Positions 59,544 to 64,000 of a stretch of 64,000 bases of DNA are shown in pieces. A model generated the notes under the pieces. It was not told the origin of the DNA and searched no databases. It saw only the letters and a list, made by a program, of their open reading frames with translations. Numbering within the stretch: the first letter of the stretch is position 1; each line of letters opens with the position of its first letter. This DNA comes from an uncultured virus (IMG/VR IMGVR_UViG_3300049259_000212) (lineage: Duplodnaviria > Heunggongvirae > Uroviricota > Caudoviricetes), in IMG/VR virus record IMGVR_UViG_3300049259_000212. One strand, 5' to 3'. Both the position numbers and the translations under genes were made by a program.

Positions 59544-59630
59544 GCGGGCAGTCGCTGGCCACCTCTTCGTTTGCGGTCGTACGCGAGCTGACGGTCGAGC
59601 GTTATCAAAGTTCAAACCTCTGTGTCCGCT
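59544..59630 (+). ncRNA. tRNA-like element with acceptor stem and T-arm but no canonical anticodon arm
   Basis: GCGGGCA/TGTCCGC; CAAAG-TTCAAAC-CTCTG. Confidence 0.45.
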
Positions 59631-59632
59631 CT

Positions 59633-59703
59633 GAGTCGCAAGCATTACGGTGATGCACTTGGCTCTTAACCAGGTGATCAGGGTTCGATTCCCTGGCGAC
59701 TCA
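59633..59703 (+). tRNA. tRNA-Lys(CTT)
   Basis: CTTGG-CTCTTAA-CCAGG; TTCGATT. Confidence 0.88.
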
Positions 59704-59715
59704 CAAAACGATCAG

Positions 59716-59788
59716 CGGGATGTAGCTCAGGTAGTAGAGCGCACGGTTTGGGACCGTGAAGTCGCTAGTGCAACTCTAGTCATCCCGA
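59716..59788 (+). tRNA. tRNA-Pro(TGG)
   Basis: CACGG-TTTGGGA-CCGTG; T-loop TGCAACT. Confidence 0.85.
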
Positions 59789-59805
59789 CGAAGAATGGAT
59801 GGGCG

Positions 59806-59887
59806 CCCGAGACGCCCTGTTGTGATCGCAAGGTTGCAGCAACGATGAGATCGAGCGGTCCCCTGCTCGATCGAAACGCGACTCGGG
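59806..59887 (+). ncRNA. Hammerhead-shaped three-way-junction RNA
   Basis: cccgag/ctcggg; hairpin with GCAA loop; GATGA-stem-GAAA. Confidence 0.4.
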
Positions 59888-59894
59888 TTATTTT

Positions 59895-59967
59895 GCAGGC
59901 GTAGCTCAGTGGTAGAGTTCTTCGTTGCCAACGAAGAGGTCGTCGGGTTCAAGTCCCGCCGTCTGCT
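59895..59967 (+). tRNA. tRNA-Gly(GCC)
   Basis: CTTCG-TTGCCAA-CGAAG; TTCAAGT. Confidence 0.88.
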
Positions 59968-59976
59968 CGAATGTTT

Positions 59977-60049
59977 GCCCGCATAGCTCAGTCAGAAGAG
60001 CGCATTACTTGTAATAATGAAGTCGCGGGTGCAATTCCTGCTGCGGGCT
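59977..60049 (+). tRNA. tRNA-Thr(TGT)
   Basis: CATTA-CTTGTAA-TAATG; T-loop TGCAATT. Confidence 0.85.
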
Positions 60050-60061
60050 CAAAGTGATCAT

Positions 60062-60135
60062 TCCTCGATAGCTCAGTTGGAAGTAGCGGACCGCTGTTAA
60101 CGGTCAGGTCGCAGGTTCGATCCCTGCTCGAGGAG
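60062..60135 (+). tRNA. tRNA-Asn(GTT)
   Basis: GACCG-CTGTTAA-CGGTC; TTCGATC. Confidence 0.9.
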
Positions 60136-60140
60136 CGAAT

Positions 60141-60213
60141 GCGGGTGAGGCCGACTGGTGAGGCAGGTGCCTTCCAAGCATCTCAAGGCTGGGTTCGATT
60201 CCCGCCATCCGCT
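60141..60213 (+). tRNA. tRNA-Gly(TCC)
   Basis: GGTGC-CTTCCAA-GCATC; TTCGATT. Confidence 0.85.
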
Positions 60214-60236
60214 CAACAAGGGTCTATAGTCTAAAA

Positions 60237-60884
60237 ATGTGGGATCCGAAAATTCGCGAGAGTGCTCGTCGATTGCGGCGCGCGGGGAAGGCACTGGATG
60301 AAATTTCGATGCGGCTCGACGTTAGCCGCTCCACTGTTTTTGTTTGGGTCAAAGACATTCCGTCTAGCATTGATCCAAAACTAACGTGGCTTGCAGGGGC
60401 TCAGAAACTTGGCTCGCAACGCATGAAAGAAAAGCACGCCAGGCTCCGTAAAGAAGTGTACGAAACAACGGATCTTCGCAGACTGCGCGATTCAATCATT
60501 CGAGACTTCGTCGTGATGTACCTCGGTGAAGGCTATCGCAGGAACAGAAACGTTGTGCACATCTGCAACACGAACCCGACGATCATGCTGCTTGCCGTCA
60601 AGGCACTGCGTAAATTAGATGTCGACCTAGGCGCCAAAAACGTGCGCTTCAAACTCCTGCTGTACCCGGATCATAAGGATCGGGCTTTGAAAGGTTTTTG
60701 GGCGAAGCGCCTCGAAATATCGTCGAAGCAGATCAACGTGTGGAGGCCTGCCAAGAAACAACGGTCCTCTGAGTATCGACGCTCTGTCCACGGGCTGCTG
60801 TACTTGTCGATCAACGACACATACTTGCGCGCACGCATGCAGGCGTTCATGGACGCCGTGGAAACTGATTGGAAAACCAAATGA
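60237..60884 (+). CDS. HTH plus LAGLIDADG-like free-standing endonuclease within the tRNA array
   Basis: GKALDEISMRLDVSRSTVFVW HTH; VMYLGEG...NTNP. Confidence 0.7.
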   Translation: MWDPKIRESARRLRRAGKALDEISMRLDVSRSTVFVWVKDIPSSIDPKLTWLAGAQKLGSQRMKEKHARLRKEVYETTDLRRLRDSIIRDFVVMYLGEGYRRNRNVVHICNTNPTIMLLAVKALRKLDVDLGAKNVRFKLLLYPDHKDRALKGFWAKRLEISSKQINVWRPAKKQRSSEYRRSVHGLLYLSINDTYLRARMQAFMDAVETDWKTK

Positions 60885-60955
60885 CTCCGTCGTCTAACAG
60901 ATAGGACGCAAAGCTACGGACTTTGCAAATAGAGGTGCAAATCCTCTCGGAGTCG
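60883..60955 (+). tRNA. tRNA-Arg(ACG)
   Basis: CAAAG-CTACGGA-CTTTG; T-loop TGCAAAT. Confidence 0.82.
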
Positions 60956-61029
60956 CTAGCGCTAGCGCTCGCGCACACGTGGATGGCTCGCAACGGTGTT
61001 CCACCACCGATGCGATGACCCGTGTGCGC

Positions 61030-61109
61030 GGGCCATGTTTCTAGGTCGGGGTCTGGGATCAAAGTGCTCTCCAAAAGCGCTCAGCCGAGTTCGATTCTCG
61101 GACGGCCTG
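61030..61109 (+). tRNA. tRNA-Trp(CCA), extended atypical D-arm
   Basis: GTGCT-CTCCAAA-AGCGC; CCGAG-TTCGATT-CTCGG. Confidence 0.65.
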
Positions 61110-61120
61110 CTTATACCCTT

Positions 61121-61191
61121 CGCAGCGGCCAGGGGATCTGGACGACGGTTTCATAAGCCGTGCGGAGTCGGTTCAAACCCGACCGTTGCGA
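61121..61191 (+). tRNA. tRNA-Met/Ile2(CAT)
   Basis: ACGGT-TTCATAA-GCCGT; TTCAAAC. Confidence 0.72.
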
Positions 61192-61222
61192 CGAAAATTC
61201 GGGTCCGCTGTATGATCAACAC

Positions 61223-61579
61223 GTGCCGTTCGCGAACTTGCAAGAAAAGCAGCGCTATCAACGCAAGCATTATGCTGAAAATCGACTCAGATATCTCCAG
61301 CGAAAGAAAAACTGCCGCTCTGTAAATTACCAGCGCCTAAAATCGATCGCGATCGACGCCAAGAAAGCTGGTTGTGTCGACTGCAAAAATGAATTCAGGC
61401 ACTGGGTGCTACAGTTTGATCATGTACGTGGCGTAAAATGAATAATGCAGCCTCGATGCTCGGAGATACCTTCAGAGGTCCGGCTTAGGGCAGAAATCGC
61501 GAAATGTGAAGTGGTCTGTGCGAATTGTCATGCAGATGCAGATCGAACGTTTAATCGAGGTGTGGCTCAATCTGGCTAG
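61223..61579 (+). pseudogene. HNH endonuclease interrupted by an in-frame TGA (61439-61441)
   Basis: GCVDC...LQFDHVRGVK*IMQ...RAEIAKCEVVCANCH in one frame. Confidence 0.75.
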
Positions 61580-61630
61580 AGCGCTGCGTTCGGGACGCAG
61601 AGATTGGTGGTTCAAATCCACTCACCTCGA
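61556..61630 (+). tRNA. tRNA-Pro(CGG)
   Basis: CTGCG-TTCGGGA-CGCAG; TTCAAAT. Confidence 0.9.
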
Positions 61631-61636
61631 CGATAC

Positions 61637-61709
61637 GGAGGACAGTTCACCTAGGGGTGAAGATGCTCCTACAAAGCATTTGTGGTCGGTGCAATCCCGA
61701 CGTCCTCTA
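61637..61709 (+). tRNA. tRNA-Val(TAC)
   Basis: ATGCT-CCTACAA-AGCAT (C33); T-loop TGCAATC. Confidence 0.75.
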
Positions 61710-61715
61710 CAACAT

Positions 61716-61787
61716 CCGCTTGTAGCTCAGCAGCAGAGCATTCGCTTGATAAGCGAAGGGCCATTGGTGCGACTCCAATCAGGCGGA
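61716..61787 (+). tRNA. tRNA-Ile(GAT)
   Basis: TTCGC-TTGATAA-GCGAA; T-loop TGCGACT. Confidence 0.83.
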
Positions 61788-61794
61788 CGATCAT

Positions 61795-61868
61795 GGTGCA
61801 CGTAGTCATCTAGTGATGACGTCAGTTTGTGGCACTGATTCAGGCGGGTGCGATCCCCGTCGTGTACC
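61795..61868 (+). tRNA. tRNA-His(GTG) with G-1
   Basis: TCAGT-TTGTGGC-ACTGA; G-1:C73; T-loop TGCGATC. Confidence 0.85.
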
Positions 61869-61873
61869 CGATA

Positions 61874-61948
61874 CGAGCAGTAGCTTAGCCTGGCTAAAGC
61901 GTCGGTCTGGGGGACCGAAGATCGCTGGTTAAAATCCAGTCTGCTCGA
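61874..61948 (+). tRNA. tRNA-Pro(GGG)
   Basis: TCGGT-CTGGGGG-ACCGA; T-loop TTAAAAT. Confidence 0.82.
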
Positions 61949-62014
61949 CGAAAGGAGGTCCGGTGTCAGATCAGCACCGGACAAGCGTCATACGATCAAC
62001 CCAAGGAGATTGCG

Positions 62015-62548
62015 ATGGAGCCGGCACACCAGACCCTCGTCCTCAGTCAGAGCTTCGAGCCGATCAAGATCGTTTCGTGGCGTCGCGCCATCACGATGCT
62101 CTTCCTCGGCAAGGCTGAGGTAATCGAAGAGCATGATCGCAACATCAAGACGACCTCCATTTTGATCAAGGTGCCCGCGGTCGTACGTCTCCTGGGAGCA
62201 TTCCGTCGCCACCGCAAGCCGGTGAAGTTCTCGCGCGTGAACATCTATGGCCGCGACAAGTATTGCTGCCAGTACTGCGCTGTGCAGAAATCTGTACACG
62301 AACTCACGTACGATCACGTGGTACCGCGCTCGCGTGGCGGCCTTACGACATGGACGAACATCGTGACGGCGTGCGAGGCTTGCAACCGTCAGAAGGCGAA
62401 CCGCACTCCCGAGCAGGCGGGTATGCGACTGCTCAAGGCGCCCGTGCAGCCGAGCGCGATCCCGACGCTCATCCTCACGGTAAGCCGTGAGTCGGTCCCC
62501 GATGCGTGGCGAGACTATCTATACTGGACGCAGGAGCTGACCCCATGA
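62015..62548 (+). CDS. HNH endonuclease
   Basis: RDKYCCQYC...LTYDHVVPRSRGG.TTWTNIVTACEACNRQK; aaggag RBS. Confidence 0.92.
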   Translation: MEPAHQTLVLSQSFEPIKIVSWRRAITMLFLGKAEVIEEHDRNIKTTSILIKVPAVVRLLGAFRRHRKPVKFSRVNIYGRDKYCCQYCAVQKSVHELTYDHVVPRSRGGLTTWTNIVTACEACNRQKANRTPEQAGMRLLKAPVQPSAIPTLILTVSRESVPDAWRDYLYWTQELTP

Positions 62549-62643
62549 TCGACATCAAGTGCACTCGCGCCTCGTGCGCTCACTGCGCGCGGATGATCAA
62601 CAAGGCGACCCCGGATCATCCGGGCAAGCTCGTGCAACCTCCG

Positions 62644-62886
62644 TCAGTGTCCGCGACAGCTGCCTGAACAGATCTCGCAGAAGTCGCCTCCGAAGCTGTC
62701 ATCGAATTCTGGGTCTGACGCAGGGTAGACGACCTCTTCTTCCAGGACATCGCTCGCAGGTTCCTCGAGCGAGCAACTCGGGCACTGAAGAGTCCCGTCG
62801 GAGCGCTTCCACGCTTCCGGCAACTCACCAAGGCCTTCAATCTCGACAGTCTTTCCACAGCCGGTACAAACGACGAACGTGGCCAT
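62644..62886 (-). CDS. Small acidic zinc-finger protein
   Basis: CTGC...CPSC...CEICSGSC. Confidence 0.5.
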   Translation of the reverse strand: MATFVVCTGCGKTVEIEGLGELPEAWKRSDGTLQCPSCSLEEPASDVLEEEVVYPASDPEFDDSFGGDFCEICSGSCRGH

Positions 62887-62928
62887 GCTGTAACGCTACG
62901 GTACCGGTGCATCGAGTGACAGTTTTTG

Positions 62929-63000
62929 GCCGCTGTCGTCCAATGGGTAGGACGCCGCTTTGGTAAGGCGGAACTCCGAGTTCGATTCTCGGCCGCGGCT
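62929..63000 (+). tRNA. tRNA-Thr(GGT)
   Basis: CCGCT-TTGGTAA-GGCGG; TTCGATT. Confidence 0.85.
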
Positions 63001-63006
63001 CAATAC

Positions 63007-63077
63007 TCAGGGTTCGTCTAACGGTAGGACCGATGCCTTTGGAGCATCTGATCTGGGTTCGAATCCCCGACCCTGAA
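63007..63077 (+). tRNA. tRNA-Gln(TTG)
   Basis: GATGC-CTTTGGA-GCATC; TTCGAAT. Confidence 0.87.
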
Positions 63078-63081
63078 CTTT

Positions 63082-63152
63082 GCGTGTGTAGCCAAGCGGT
63101 AAGGCAGTTCTCTGCAAAAGAACCATCGCGAGTTCGATCCTCGCCTCACGCT
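63082..63152 (+). tRNA. tRNA-Cys(GCA)
   Basis: GTTCT-CTGCAAA-AGAAC; U73. Confidence 0.88.
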
Positions 63153-63156
63153 CGAT

Positions 63157-63230
63157 GCTTCCGTAGCTCAGAGGATCAGAGCAGTTGATTTCTAATCATC
63201 TGGTCGGAGGTTCGAGTCCTCCCGGAAGCA
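63157..63230 (+). tRNA. tRNA-Arg(TCT)
   Basis: GTTGA-TTTCTAA-TCATC; TTCGAGT. Confidence 0.88.
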
Positions 63231-63247
63231 CTTCATCATCGGCTTTG

Positions 63248-63319
63248 GTCGACGTCGTCCAATGGCAGGACAGCGGTTTTTCAAGCCGTCAAATGCCGGT
63301 TCAACCCCGGTCGTCGACA
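63248..63319 (+). tRNA. tRNA-Glu(TTC)
   Basis: GCGGT-TTTTCAA-GCCGT; TTCAACC. Confidence 0.85.
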
Positions 63320-63388
63320 CGATCTCGCGTGTTGCAAGCGGCATCACTTTGATGTCACAACACACTCTCTCAACCCAAGGAGACGGAC

Positions 63389-64000
63389 ATGTCTGGAACT
63401 GGTTTCAACTATCTGAAGACGGCGTATGGCCCAGCGACGCAGCGCGAGAAGACGGATGCGCGCCAGGTCGAGAACAACGCCGGAGGTTTCACTTTCGTTG
63501 TGGACGACTGGTCGCGCCTCCAGCGCTTCCTCGTGCTCGGAGCCGAGGGCGGCACGTACTACGCGTCGGAGCGCACGCTCGTGCGTGAGAACGCTGCCGT
63601 GGTCGAGCGGTTGATTCAGTTGGACGGTCCGCGACTCGTGCGCGAGGTGACCGAGCTGTCGGTGAGTGGTCGTGCTCCCAAGAATGATCCGGCGATCCTC
63701 GCGCTTGCCATGGCCGCGAAGCTCGGCAACGAGCCGACGCGGATCGCGGCGTACGCGGCATTGCCGAAGGTCTGCCGTATCGGCACGCACCTGTACCACT
63801 TCGCGACGTTCACGAGTTCGATCGGAAACGGTGGCTGGGGACGTGGCATGCGCAACGCGATCGCGCGCTGGTTCAATGCGCGATCGGTCGATGATGCTGC
63901 TCATCAGCTCTTGAAGTACCAGTCGCGTGATGGATGGTCCGCGCGCGATCTGCTCAACCTGACGCACCCGAACCCGAAGAAGGCGACGGGCGAGGGCTCG
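63389..64000 (+). CDS. rsr: Ro60/TROVE-domain RNA-binding protein (partial, runs off the window)
   Basis: Hand-translated: QVENNAGGFTF.VDDWSRLQRFLVLGAEGGTYY...GRAPKNDP...VCRIGTHLYHF...GWGRGMR...KYQSRDGWS.RDLL...HP; aaggag RBS. Confidence 0.92.
   Translation, partial: MSGTGFNYLKTAYGPATQREKTDARQVENNAGGFTFVVDDWSRLQRFLVLGAEGGTYYASERTLVRENAAVVERLIQLDGPRLVREVTELSVSGRAPKNDPAILALAMAAKLGNEPTRIAAYAALPKVCRIGTHLYHFATFTSSIGNGGWGRGMRNAIARWFNARSVDDAAHQLLKYQSRDGWSARDLLNLTHPNPKKATGEGS

Noticed and set aside
60220..60236. tRNA 5'-half-like fragment before the LAGLIDADG-like gene (possible intron-split tRNA)
   Set aside because: No complementary 3' half follows the ORF; a complete tRNA-Arg is there instead, and no group I intron core was seen.
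58769..60294. ORFs called across the tRNA array (e.g. 58815-59645 minus)
   Set aside because: Spurious frames over tRNA genes.
59025..63319. Stop-codon reassignment or suppressor tRNAs
   Set aside because: No CTA, TTA or TCA anticodon was found, and recognised genes end normally at TAG, TGA and TAA.
63344..63967. 207-aa minus-strand ORF
   Set aside because: Antisense shadow of the Ro60/TROVE gene.

Overview
This GC-rich window looks like a segment of a large bacterial virus or virus-like element. It is gene-dense, mostly hypothetical ORFs, with no rRNA or ribosomal-protein operons. A Myxococcota-like host is an inference only. Recognisable parts are: (i) a replication/recombination module at about 19.5-52.6 kb (HerA-type ATPase, SNF2 helicase, SSB-like protein, RecD/Dda-type helicase, UDG-like protein, intein-containing family A DNA polymerase, HAD nucleotidase, DEDDh exonuclease, AAA ATPase, two-frame C5 methyltransferase, PD-(D/E)xK nuclease, primase-VirE helicase, sigma70-region-4 protein); (ii) 26 tRNA genes (23 in an array at 59.0-63.3 kb plus three short-arm Leu tRNAs at 16.0-16.8 kb), with homing-type endonucleases, a leader/terminator and a Ro60/TROVE gene at the right edge; (iii) host-type enzymes (phosphomannomutase, thioredoxin-reductase-like flavoprotein, RadA) and a GH25 lysozyme. 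No terminase, portal or tail genes were recognised. The most unusual signals are four. About 11 otherwise unrelated proteins in two clusters share a short K(S/T)xAQLDREIxxAL tag and recurrent HA(T/R)xK linkers between domains, a candidate cargo-targeting/processing system. A ~105-aa beta-rich domain is repeated in four genes. All three modules of the primase-helicase also exist as stand-alone paralogues, one of them beside a GATC-saturated origin-like region. Several structured RNA candidates occur, including a hammerhead-shaped element inside the tRNA array. All family calls are by motif recognition only; no searches were run.
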